DNA of 64,000 nt from assembly GCF_049723235.1 (NCBI RefSeq), contig NZ_JBNARB010000002.1:115535-179534 (forward strand), given 5' to 3'. The notes beneath the pieces are model-generated. The model saw nothing but the letters and a program-made list of their open reading frames with translations. It was not told where the DNA came from and did no database searches. Position numbers and translations under genes: made by a program. This document shows positions 55,596-64,000 of this stretch, piece after piece. How positions within the stretch are numbered: position 1 is the stretch's first letter; every line of letters begins with the position of its first letter. The DNA is from Thermovenabulum sp. (GTDB taxonomy: Bacteria > Bacillota > Thermosediminibacteria > Thermosediminibacterales > Thermosediminibacteraceae).

Positions 55596-56900
55596 CTAAT
55601 AAGGTTCTTCCTTCTTAATAAATTGCTGGACAATTTCTGAAAACTTTTGAGTAATTCGAGACCATGCATATGGCGAGTCATATCCTATACCTTTTAATCT
55701 TGAGATCACTCTATGCCTAGATAATACACTCCGCAGAGCTTTTAAAATCTGTTTTTCATCATTCATAACTATTATAGAATCCTCTGTACTTAATGTAATT
55801 TTCACAGTGGGATCTGCTTCAAATAGCTTTATCATAAAAATCGGGCGTCCTGATCCTAAATATTGGTAGATTTTACCAGGTATTTGCACACCACCTCTGT
55901 TGCCAAAAAGCAACAGAAAATCTGCTGCCTTCATCCATGCGATGCTCTCCCGGACAGGTACCCAGGGGATAAATTTAATTACATCTTTAGCTGGCAATGT
56001 TAACATATATGCTTTAATAGAGTCTTCCACCTCACCCACAAAGTACACCTTTATTTTATTGCGGACATTAGGATCATCTTGCAAGAGAATTGAAAGGGCA
56101 TTTACAAAAGCTTTAGGATCTCGAGCCTCTGAATAAAGTCTTCCTGTATGGACGAACCAAACTAGTTCTTCTTCTGCTGCTGGGCGTGGTTTAGGTGAAA
56201 TATTTTCAAAGTCTTCAGGATCAAAACCCATAGGTAAGACTTCTATTCTTGATGATAAAAAAGGAAATAAACTTAAATAAAGTTCCTTGGTGGCGTCTGT
56301 AGTAACTGTTACTATATCACACAAATGAAGGAGCACACGTTCTAGTTGATAATCTATCCATTTGCGCCATACTGGTCGCGGAAGCTCACTTATAGGGCTT
56401 CCAGACCAAGGATCACCATAATCAGCAACCCAGCATATTTTAGGATAGCATCGTTTAAGCAATGCTCCTACTATATGAATTGAAAACGGGTATCCAAATG
56501 TCAGCAGCACATCTGGAGCAAAGCTTTTAATTTGATGAACCCCTTCACGAAAAAAATTTAGGATGCTATCTATATGAGGATCTGGAATCAATAGAGACAA
56601 AAAGAGATTGTTTTTAGCATTTTCTTTAATTTTACATTTTTCTTCATAGCTTCCAGCTTTTTGCCTTAGAATCCATTTTCGCAGAGGTCCAGGTGAAACA
56701 CGCTTAACTTCAACTTCTAAAGGTACTTTTTCACTCAATGAAACATCAGGAGGCGAAAAAACAGTTAGAGTATTTGTATCATAAGTTATAACGTTAACTT
56801 TATGTCCTTGCCGCTTAAGATATTTAACAAAATTAACTGGCCGAATAGCAGAAGAAGCCCCTCTAGGTGCAAAATTAGCAGTGATAATGAGGATTTTCAT
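55596..56900 (-). CDS. GT-B-fold glycosyltransferase (GT4-like)
   Basis: 434 aa. MKILIITANFAPRG N-terminus and GKIYQYLGSGRPIF near the C-terminus. GGAGG RBS. Confidence 0.55.
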   Translation of the reverse strand: MKILIITANFAPRGASSAIRPVNFVKYLKRQGHKVNVITYDTNTLTVFSPPDVSLSEKVPLEVEVKRVSPGPLRKWILRQKAGSYEEKCKIKENAKNNLFLSLLIPDPHIDSILNFFREGVHQIKSFAPDVLLTFGYPFSIHIVGALLKRCYPKICWVADYGDPWSGSPISELPRPVWRKWIDYQLERVLLHLCDIVTVTTDATKELYLSLFPFLSSRIEVLPMGFDPEDFENISPKPRPAAEEELVWFVHTGRLYSEARDPKAFVNALSILLQDDPNVRNKIKVYFVGEVEDSIKAYMLTLPAKDVIKFIPWVPVRESIAWMKAADFLLLFGNRGGVQIPGKIYQYLGSGRPIFMIKLFEADPTVKITLSTEDSIIVMNDEKQILKALRSVLSRHRVISRLKGIGYDSPYAWSRITQKFSEIVQQFIKKEEPY

Positions 56901-57813
56901 GCTTTGCCTCCTTTAAAAATAGTTTAACAACGAGACCCCAAATAAATCCAAAAAACCTTGATGCCTGAATGCAAAAAGCAATTGTATAAGCTAATGGCAA
57001 GTTAGTAATCTTTATAACTTTGCGGCGGATTATCCAAATAAAAGGGTATAAAAAAATTGGTAAAAGTAACCACCATTCCAAAATTAGGGATGAAAAGATC
57101 GCGGTCCAGTATATACCCTGGAGCACAAGGTGAGAACTTGAGAAACGCGCGGCTAGTCCATCCCCAAAAGCATAGCGAAAATGCTGCTTGATTGCAGCTC
57201 GAAAACTAGAACGTACCTCCCAATAAACTACTGCATCAGCTACTACTACATATCGTGCACCTGTTTTAAGACATAAGCAATCAAATAGTGTATCTTCCCC
57301 CCACGGAAGCCATTCAGGATAACCACCAACTCGCTGCCAAAGTGTTTTAGTGAAAGCTACCGAGCGACTAGATGGTAAAAAATTAGGTGTTGGATGAGTA
57401 GATGTAGTTAGACTAGCTAGCACTTCCTGGAAGCGAGAATGAGCCACAGGTCGATAAAATCCACCTACAAAATCCGCTCGGCCTGCCTCTAATGGCTCTA
57501 CTAGTCGTTCAATCCATTTAGGATCCAAACGGCATCCAGCATCAGTAACAACTATATAAGGTCCTTTAGCTATTGAAATGGCCTCGTTACGACCGCGAGC
57601 GATGTTTGCTCCTAGCAGTACTTTTATCACTATGCGAATACCAGCCCACATTAACAATTCTGAATACTCGCGTATTAAATCTACTGTCCTGTCGGTAGAA
57701 CCCCCGTCTACAATCACTAGTTCATCCGGCTTCCTTGTCTGCATAAGAATATCTTTAAGCAAAAGAGTAATTGTTTGCTCTTCATTTAATGTAGTTAAAA
57801 TCAAACTAACCAT
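56875..57813 (-). CDS. GT2-family glycosyltransferase with C-terminal TM segments
   Basis: ILTTLNEEQTI and VIVDGGSTD (DxD region), plus a hydrophobic C-terminal third. Confidence 0.75.
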   Translation of the reverse strand: MVSLILTTLNEEQTITLLLKDILMQTRKPDELVIVDGGSTDRTVDLIREYSELLMWAGIRIVIKVLLGANIARGRNEAISIAKGPYIVVTDAGCRLDPKWIERLVEPLEAGRADFVGGFYRPVAHSRFQEVLASLTTSTHPTPNFLPSSRSVAFTKTLWQRVGGYPEWLPWGEDTLFDCLCLKTGARYVVVADAVVYWEVRSSFRAAIKQHFRYAFGDGLAARFSSSHLVLQGIYWTAIFSSLILEWWLLLPIFLYPFIWIIRRKVIKITNLPLAYTIAFCIQASRFFGFIWGLVVKLFLKEAKHENPHYHC

Positions 57814-59251
57814 AAGTCCTCCGCAATGTCCTCCTCAATTTAAAATTATTATAAAGCCATATAAACATTTTAGTAATAAGACTAAATATCCAAATAACTA
57901 ATGCAGATTGTTGTATTGCCACTAATGGAACTGCTGCATTCTGTTCAAGACCCAGCAGTAACCGTACATAAACGGATGCTAAAAAAAAGAAACCCCAGTT
58001 ACCCAAGCTAAATCCTAAACGATAAATCAAAAATACTACTAAGATCCAAATAATCTGAATAATCAGGACTCCCAATATCCCAAAATTCATCATAGCATCA
58101 CCCCACAACGTAATAGCCCCTTCTGACCGGGTGTTGTATGTCCATCCTAGTACTGTACGACCATACCAATTCCCAACTGACACCTGTGGTTTTTCAGGCC
58201 ATACTGCTCTTGGAATCCACCAGAAAAAAATCGGTAGATAGCTTCTACCATACCACTTCTCTTGTAAAAGTGTAGGTTGTTCTAATAAAGCTCCGTAATA
58301 ATAAGCCCAGTTCAACCGATCGAGCACATTATCAAAAATTTCTCCTAAATTACTAACTAAGTTAGTAATTATATTTTCATCTTCTAGAGTTGATTTAAAT
58401 GCTACAATAATTAACTGAAATGAAAGCCCTTTCCCTAAACTATATTTCTGCACTACAATACGATAATCTTTTACCATTTGAAAAAATAGAATCATTAAAA
58501 ATAATAGGCTGATTATTATTATTAAAGATTTCCATCCAACACGATATTTACTTTTATAAAAGTAAATAAATATTATTGGTAGTAACACATAAAATATAGC
58601 AGCTTTAGACCCAGATATTAGCATCCATACAATTTCTCCTATTATCATAATAAAAACTATCAAATTAGGCTTTCGTCTACTACTAAATATAGCATATCCA
58701 ATCAATGCTAATAAGCCAATATTATTTAGCTGGCCTATAATATTGCTAAAAGTTGTAATCATCAGCTGCGTAGCAAAGAAAGTACCATAAAATAAACCAG
58801 ATGACAATGAATAAACACGAAATAGCCAACCCATAAAATATATAACTACAAAAAAGTAAGAAGATACTGGTGCGCGATTTCGAGTGAAATCGATTACTGG
58901 AATATTCATAACTTTTGGAATAAAATATGCCACAATATCCATTGTTATAAAGAATGAAAGTACAGTGAGCAAAATAGTAACATAAGTTTCTTCTGAAAAG
59001 TTGATCCCCTTTATAAGTGATCTAGGTATCTGTAATACCATAGTTACCATTAGTACCAAACGATAAGCAATATAGGGATTAAATGGGTTGCAAAATATAT
59101 TATGCCGACCTAAAAAAGAAGTAAATATTAAATATATAGATACAAAGAGATAAAGAAAGCGAATAGTTAAACTGCCTGGAGTAACTAAAGTAATTATTAT
59201 GCTTCCGTTTAAGCAAATAAATAAAAATAGAATTCTATCATAAACATTCAT
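57806..59251 (-). CDS. Wzy-like polysaccharide polymerase / O-antigen-ligase-like membrane protein
   Basis: 481 aa, 10 or more TM segments, one large loop (~aa 290-360). Located inside a glycan locus. Confidence 0.55.
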   Translation of the reverse strand: MNVYDRILFLFICLNGSIIITLVTPGSLTIRFLYLFVSIYLIFTSFLGRHNIFCNPFNPYIAYRLVLMVTMVLQIPRSLIKGINFSEETYVTILLTVLSFFITMDIVAYFIPKVMNIPVIDFTRNRAPVSSYFFVVIYFMGWLFRVYSLSSGLFYGTFFATQLMITTFSNIIGQLNNIGLLALIGYAIFSSRRKPNLIVFIMIIGEIVWMLISGSKAAIFYVLLPIIFIYFYKSKYRVGWKSLIIIISLLFLMILFFQMVKDYRIVVQKYSLGKGLSFQLIIVAFKSTLEDENIITNLVSNLGEIFDNVLDRLNWAYYYGALLEQPTLLQEKWYGRSYLPIFFWWIPRAVWPEKPQVSVGNWYGRTVLGWTYNTRSEGAITLWGDAMMNFGILGVLIIQIIWILVVFLIYRLGFSLGNWGFFFLASVYVRLLLGLEQNAAVPLVAIQQSALVIWIFSLITKMFIWLYNNFKLRRTLRRTYG

Positions 59252-59360
59252 ATTTCTTTGTCTCCTTATTATAAAAAAACTATGTCTTTTTCATTCTATC
59301 TCGGTAATTAACAAAATTGAGAGATTAGAATTACGATTGATCTCCAAATCTTTGAACATT

Positions 59361-60332
59361 TTAAACTAAAAATTTTTTATGATTCATATGATTATTAAAC
59401 CATTCTATAAACCTTCGGATCCCTTCTTTATAGGATATATTTGGAATAAAACCTAAAATTTCTTTAGCCTTCTCCACATCTGCCCATGTCTGCGGAACAT
59501 CTCCCGGCTGTGGAGATAAAAATTCCAGCTTTGCTTTAATTTCAAGAGCTTCTTCTAATGCTTTTACCATCTCCAACAGACTTATCGTATGGTTGTTTCC
59601 CAGATTTATAACTTCGTATATTGTCCTATCATAATCCATTGCAGATCTTATACCCCGAATTATATCATCAATATAAGTATAATCCCTCCTGCTTGACCCA
59701 TCTCCATATATGGGAATGGGTTCGCCTTCTATTATTTTCCTTGCAAATTTATGTATCGCCAAATCCGGGCGCTGGCGTGGGCCATATACTGTGAAAAACC
59801 TGACAGCGATAAAACGAATACCATACAAATGACTGTAAACATGGCCCATAAGTTCGCCACTTACTTTGGTACTGGCATATGGGCTTATGGGCATCAGCAC
59901 ATGGTCGTCTTCCTTCCATGGTACATTTGGATTTATACCATAAACGCTACTAGACGAACCAAATATAAACTGCTTTACCCCCAAGTTCTTTGCAAGTTCC
60001 AACAAGTTCTGTGTACCCTTAACATTTACTTCCTGATAAGTTATAGGATCTTCAATTGACGGTCTTACACCTGCTTTAGCAGCAAGATGTACTATTACAT
60101 CATAATCTCCAGTTAATTTTTCCTTTAAAGCATCAAAATCCCTTATATCAATTTCGATTAAAGTATAATTATTATAATCGAAATGCCCCTTTATATTTTC
60201 TTCTTTTATTGTCCTATCGTAGAAGTTATCGAAGTTGTCTATATTTGTTACTTTCCATCCTTCAGCAAGCAGCTTATCAATAAGGTGGCTTCCTATGAAG
60301 CCAGCTCCTCCTGTAACCAGTGCATGTTTCAC
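59361..60332 (-). CDS. NAD-dependent nucleotide-sugar epimerase (UDP-glucuronate 4-epimerase type)
   Basis: VTGGAGFIGSHL and YASTK. Immediately downstream of, and overlapping, ugd. Confidence 0.7.
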   Translation of the reverse strand: MKHALVTGGAGFIGSHLIDKLLAEGWKVTNIDNFDNFYDRTIKEENIKGHFDYNNYTLIEIDIRDFDALKEKLTGDYDVIVHLAAKAGVRPSIEDPITYQEVNVKGTQNLLELAKNLGVKQFIFGSSSSVYGINPNVPWKEDDHVLMPISPYASTKVSGELMGHVYSHLYGIRFIAVRFFTVYGPRQRPDLAIHKFARKIIEGEPIPIYGDGSSRRDYTYIDDIIRGIRSAMDYDRTIYEVINLGNNHTISLLEMVKALEEALEIKAKLEFLSPQPGDVPQTWADVEKAKEILGFIPNISYKEGIRRFIEWFNNHMNHKKFLV

Positions 60333-61690
60333 CTTCCTACCCCCATGTATGTAAATCCTGCTTTTTTAACTTCTTCAGGCTCATAGAAATTCCTTCCATC
60401 AATAAACAGCCGTGTTCTCATCTTACTCGCTAATTTTACAAAATCCAAATTTGCCCATTCGGGCCATTCAGTTGCAAAAATTGCCGCATCCACGCCTTCT
60501 ACCGCCTCATAAGGATTTGTGAAAAAATTGATTTTTTCATTTATTCCAATAGCTTTTTTAGCGTTTTGGAGGGCTACCGGATCGCAAGCCTTCACTTTTG
60601 CTCCTTCATTAAGAAGAATTTTTATTATATCTAATGCAGGTGACTCTCTTACATCATCAGTTCCAGGTTTGAATGCAAGCCCTAATACTGCAATTGTTTT
60701 TTCTCTTAAATCACCGTAATAGGTTTTTAATTTATCAATTACTGCTTTCCTTGCCCTTTGATTTACTTCTCTTGCTGCAGATACAATTGGCATGTTATAT
60801 CCTATCTCCTTTGCAAATTCCAAAAGTGCTAAAGTATCCTTTGGAAAACAGCTCCCCCCCCAACCTATTCCCGCATTCAAAAAGCTAATCCCTATTCTTT
60901 TATCCGTACCGATTCCTCTTGCAACATCCTTTATATTTGCACCAACTTTTTCGCATAATCCAGCAATTTCATTAATAAAACTAATTTTCAATGCAAGAAA
61001 AGCGTTTGCAGCGTATTTTATCATTTCACTACTTGTAGGATCTGTAATTATTAGATGTGGTAAGTTAAATGCATTAGGTTTATTTATAAATGAAGGTGGA
61101 GTAAACGTTTGCTGTAAAATAGGTTTATATAATTCTTGTAAATCCGATATAGCTTTTGCTGATAAAGAACCAATTACTATTCTATCAGGATATAACGTAT
61201 CATATAATGCCATACCTTCTCTTAAAAATTCCGGGTTCGATGCTAAATGAATTTTACTTTCAATTCCTTTTTCTCTATAAAATTCTTTAATTATATTATC
61301 TATTTTATTATTTGTCCCAATAGGAACTGTAGATTTTATCGCAAGTGTATAATCTTTCTCTAAATTTATTTTTTTTAATATATCTCTTATAGCATCTTCT
61401 AAATAACTTAAATCCGCTTCTCCGTTTTTTTTAGGTGGAGTCCCTACTGCAATAATAACAATTTCTGCTTCTTTAATTACTTCATCAGGTTTTTCCCAAA
61501 AATTTATATTATCTTTTACCAATTCTATTAGCTCTTGTACACCTTTTTCGTAGATTGGACTTGTTTTAGACTTCAGTTTGTTTAATTTCTCTTTATTCTT
61601 TTCAATAACATCGACCTTATGTCCAACATAAGCTAATGCAAGGCCTGTAGTTAAACCTACATAGCCTGCGCCAATAATCATTACTTTCAA
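60329..61690 (-). CDS. ugd: UDP-glucose 6-dehydrogenase
   Basis: IIGAGYVGLTTG and GGSCFPKD (catalytic Cys). 453 aa. Confidence 0.9.
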   Translation of the reverse strand: MKVMIIGAGYVGLTTGLALAYVGHKVDVIEKNKEKLNKLKSKTSPIYEKGVQELIELVKDNINFWEKPDEVIKEAEIVIIAVGTPPKKNGEADLSYLEDAIRDILKKINLEKDYTLAIKSTVPIGTNNKIDNIIKEFYREKGIESKIHLASNPEFLREGMALYDTLYPDRIVIGSLSAKAISDLQELYKPILQQTFTPPSFINKPNAFNLPHLIITDPTSSEMIKYAANAFLALKISFINEIAGLCEKVGANIKDVARGIGTDKRIGISFLNAGIGWGGSCFPKDTLALLEFAKEIGYNMPIVSAAREVNQRARKAVIDKLKTYYGDLREKTIAVLGLAFKPGTDDVRESPALDIIKILLNEGAKVKACDPVALQNAKKAIGINEKINFFTNPYEAVEGVDAAIFATEWPEWANLDFVKLASKMRTRLFIDGRNFYEPEEVKKAGFTYMGVGR

Positions 61691-61730
61691 ATTGCATCCT
61701 CCTTAAATCTTCTCCCCTCAATCTAAGGAA

Positions 61731-62915
61731 TTACATTTCTCCGTCTTTTATATCCTTCAAAGCTTTTATTACTATCTCCACATCTTCTTCGGTTAAATTA
61801 CTGCTACACGGTAAATTAATCACATTCCTTTCATAAAACTCGGCTTTTTCTATCTTATATGCCTCATTTTCTTTATAGGATTTTTGTTTATGTATTAATC
61901 TCCAAAGAGGTCTTGTTTGAATGTTATTTCCATTCAACTTTTTCAAAAGTTCATCTCTATCTATCCCATATTTTTCTTTATCCACTACAACAGAATAAAA
62001 CCAATAATTTGGTCTTGTATCTTCCCTAAAAGGAAGAAGGGTTAAACCTTCTATATTTTCAATTTCTTTTTTGTATAAATTATAATTTCTTATTTTTGTT
62101 TCAATAAATTCTTCCAATCTGTCAATTTGTTCTACTCCAAAAGCTGCTTGAATGTTTGTCATTCTATAGTTATATCCTACTTCATCATGCACAAAGTATA
62201 ACGGATCAACTTTGGCTTGAAGGGATAGATGTTCGACTTTATTAAGCAATTCCTTATTTTGAGATACTACCATTCCTCCGCCGCCGGTAGTAATGATTTT
62301 ATTGGCATTGAATGAATATACTCCTATATCTCCAATTGTTCCGCAAAATTTTCCTTTATATTTTCCTTCTTTATAGTAAGATCCCAAAGCTTCGCAGGCA
62401 TCTTCTATGAGTTTTAAATTATATTTTTCTTTTATTTTCATCAATTTTTCCATATTTGCCGGATTTCCAAAAACATGCACTACAATGACAGCTTTTATTT
62501 GTCTTTTTGTCTTTTTATTTATCACTTTTCCATCAATAAAATGACATTCATTTTCTAAAAATTCCTCAAGCTTATCCATATCCATACAGAGAGTATCATC
62601 ACAATCCATAAATACGGGTTCTGCTCCCATGTATTTTACCGGATTTACAGTAGCTATAAAAGCTAAAGTAGGAACAATTACCTCATCTCCTGGCTTTATA
62701 CCCATTACCCTCAAAGCAAGATGAAGTCCTGCAGTTCCGCTTTGGCAGGATACTGCTTTTTCAACTCCCACATATTTTGCAACTTTTTCTTCAAATTCCT
62801 TTATAAACCTTCCACCCGTTGAAACCCATCCGGTTTCTATGGTTTCTTTTATATTTTCAAGAATTTTTAAGGAAAGATTGGGTACCGAAAGGGGGATAAA
62901 TTTATTATTATTCAC
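61731..62915 (-). CDS. DegT/DnrJ/EryC1-family sugar aminotransferase (PglE/WecE-like)
   Basis: 394 aa. SFNANKIITTGGGG (PLP lysine context) and a typical N-terminal IPLS.P block. Confidence 0.85.
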   Translation of the reverse strand: MNNNKFIPLSVPNLSLKILENIKETIETGWVSTGGRFIKEFEEKVAKYVGVEKAVSCQSGTAGLHLALRVMGIKPGDEVIVPTLAFIATVNPVKYMGAEPVFMDCDDTLCMDMDKLEEFLENECHFIDGKVINKKTKRQIKAVIVVHVFGNPANMEKLMKIKEKYNLKLIEDACEALGSYYKEGKYKGKFCGTIGDIGVYSFNANKIITTGGGGMVVSQNKELLNKVEHLSLQAKVDPLYFVHDEVGYNYRMTNIQAAFGVEQIDRLEEFIETKIRNYNLYKKEIENIEGLTLLPFREDTRPNYWFYSVVVDKEKYGIDRDELLKKLNGNNIQTRPLWRLIHKQKSYKENEAYKIEKAEFYERNVINLPCSSNLTEEDVEIVIKALKDIKDGEM

Positions 62916-62921
62916 TTATTA

Positions 62922-63557
62922 TCACTCCACATTTTTCTTAAATATTGCTGGAATACCAGCAACCATAATATTATCAGGTATATTTTTAGTAACTACTGAA
63001 CCAGCAGCAATTATTACATTCTTTCCAATGGTTACATTATTAATGATTTTTGAACCTATACATACCCATGTGCATTTACCTATATTTACAGTACCTCCAA
63101 TATTCGCCCCAGGAGATATATGGACACCGTCTTTTAAAATACAATCATGATCGATGCTGGATGAGGTATTTATAATACATCCCTTACCTATTATCGTATT
63201 TGTATTTATTACTACTCCTGGCATTATAACTGTCCCTTCACCAATTTGCACGGTATCACTAATATATGAAAAATTATGCTTAATAACAGGTATTTTATAT
63301 CCTACTTTTTCCAATTCTTCTAATATTGACAATCTGTATTTATTGTTACCAATTGCTACAAAAGCATAGGTAAAACTTTCTTTAAATTTTTTATAATCAT
63401 CAAATCTACCAATTACTTTAAAACCATTAATTATTGAATTTAATTTTTTTATGTCATCATCTAAAAAACAAATCTCATCCCAATAATTCATAGATTTTGC
63501 GATATCTGCTACTACTTTTCCATGTCCGCCTGCGCCTAATATAAGTAATTTTGACAT
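62922..63557 (-). CDS. hexapeptide-repeat sugar N-acetyltransferase (PglD/NeuD-like)
   Basis: LLILGAGGHGKVV N-terminal Rossmann-like domain, then left-handed beta-helix repeats (IGKGCIIN..., IGGTVNIG...). Confidence 0.8.
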   Translation of the reverse strand: MSKLLILGAGGHGKVVADIAKSMNYWDEICFLDDDIKKLNSIINGFKVIGRFDDYKKFKESFTYAFVAIGNNKYRLSILEELEKVGYKIPVIKHNFSYISDTVQIGEGTVIMPGVVINTNTIIGKGCIINTSSSIDHDCILKDGVHISPGANIGGTVNIGKCTWVCIGSKIINNVTIGKNVIIAAGSVVTKNIPDNIMVAGIPAIFKKNVE

Positions 63558-63580
63558 TAATTTTCACCACTTACTTTATA

Positions 63581-64000
63581 TTAATTAAAATTTGCATTGT
63601 TAATGCTTCCAGTAAAAAAAGGCATTGTATCAAATTTAGAATTATTTATTCCTTCCCTTTTTAAAACATTGTATATTGTCATAAATAATATTTTTAAATC
63701 CACTAAAAAGGATAAATTGTCTACATACCAAATATCGTAATTAAATTTTTCCTCCCAAGTAATGGCATTGCGTCCATTTACTTGTGCCCAGCCTGAAATT
63801 CCGGGTAATACTTCATGTCTCCTCATTTGTTCCTTCGAATAATATTTTAGATAATCAACTAACAGAGGTCTTGGGCCTATAAAACTCATTTCGCCTCGTA
63901 TTATATTAAATAATTGGGGAAGTTCGTCGATACTGGCTTTCCTTAAAAAAGATCCGACTTTTGTCATTCTTTCAAAATCAGTTAATTTTCTCCCATCTTT
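63581..64000 (-). CDS. undecaprenyl-phosphate sugar phosphotransferase (PglC/WbaP C-domain type); 5' end beyond the window
   Basis: SIDELPQLFNIIRGEMSFIGPRP. The reading frame stays open to position 64000 (KDGRKLTDFERMTKVG...). Confidence 0.8.
   Translation of the reverse strand, partial: KDGRKLTDFERMTKVGSFLRKASIDELPQLFNIIRGEMSFIGPRPLLVDYLKYYSKEQMRRHEVLPGISGWAQVNGRNAITWEEKFNYDIWYVDNLSFLVDLKILFMTIYNVLKREGINNSKFDTMPFFTGSINNANFN

Overview
64-kb chromosomal window from a low-GC, apparently spore-forming anaerobic Firmicute. Gene content looks Clostridia / Thermoanaerobacterales-like, but the taxon cannot be proven from the sequence alone. There are about 55 protein genes, nearly all on the minus strand. 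I found no rRNA, tRNA or CRISPR array. Left to right: (1) polA, with its 3' end off-window. (2) A splB-family radical-SAM gene translationally overlapped with a nucleosidase-like gene, behind a GC-rich structured leader. (3) galE. (4) An orphan PTS EIIA operon preceded by a 39-codon relic of a BglG-type antiterminator. (5) An aldo-keto reductase/ferredoxin fusion, an MCP and an HD-GYP protein. (6) A 1718-aa SLH cell-surface protein bracketed by two related promoter-plus-hairpin elements. (7) PadR plus a split permease, then a gap paralog. (8) One intact and one decayed HEPN/MNT toxin-antitoxin pair. (9) Two tandem, architecturally identical sigma54 modules: SBP-sensor kinase + NtrC-type regulator, then terminator, then -24/-12 promoter, then transporter and amino-acid catabolic genes. 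The cargos are gltS-formimidoyltransferase-cyclodeaminase and nhaC-ortA-ortB. (10) An accessory stretch (about 35.4-51.9 kb) with an ISL3 relic, an RpiR-linked six-gene hydrolase/epimerase island, and a decay zone. The decay zone is packed with paralogs and deletion relics of an uncharacterised AAA-ATPase/PD-(D/E)XK family, other orphan ATPases and toxin-antitoxin genes. (11) A cell-envelope polysaccharide locus (galU, MurJ-like flippase, glycosyltransferases, Wzy-like protein, ugd, PglE/PglD/PglC-like genes) that runs off the right edge. The best candidates for something new are: the ATPase/nuclease paralog graveyard (43.4-51 kb); the twin sigma54 modules, including an ortAB pair without the rest of the ornithine pathway; the unclassified structured leader at 4.5-4.7 kb; and the paired elements flanking the SLH gene. 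All family assignments come from motif recognition by eye. No database search was run.
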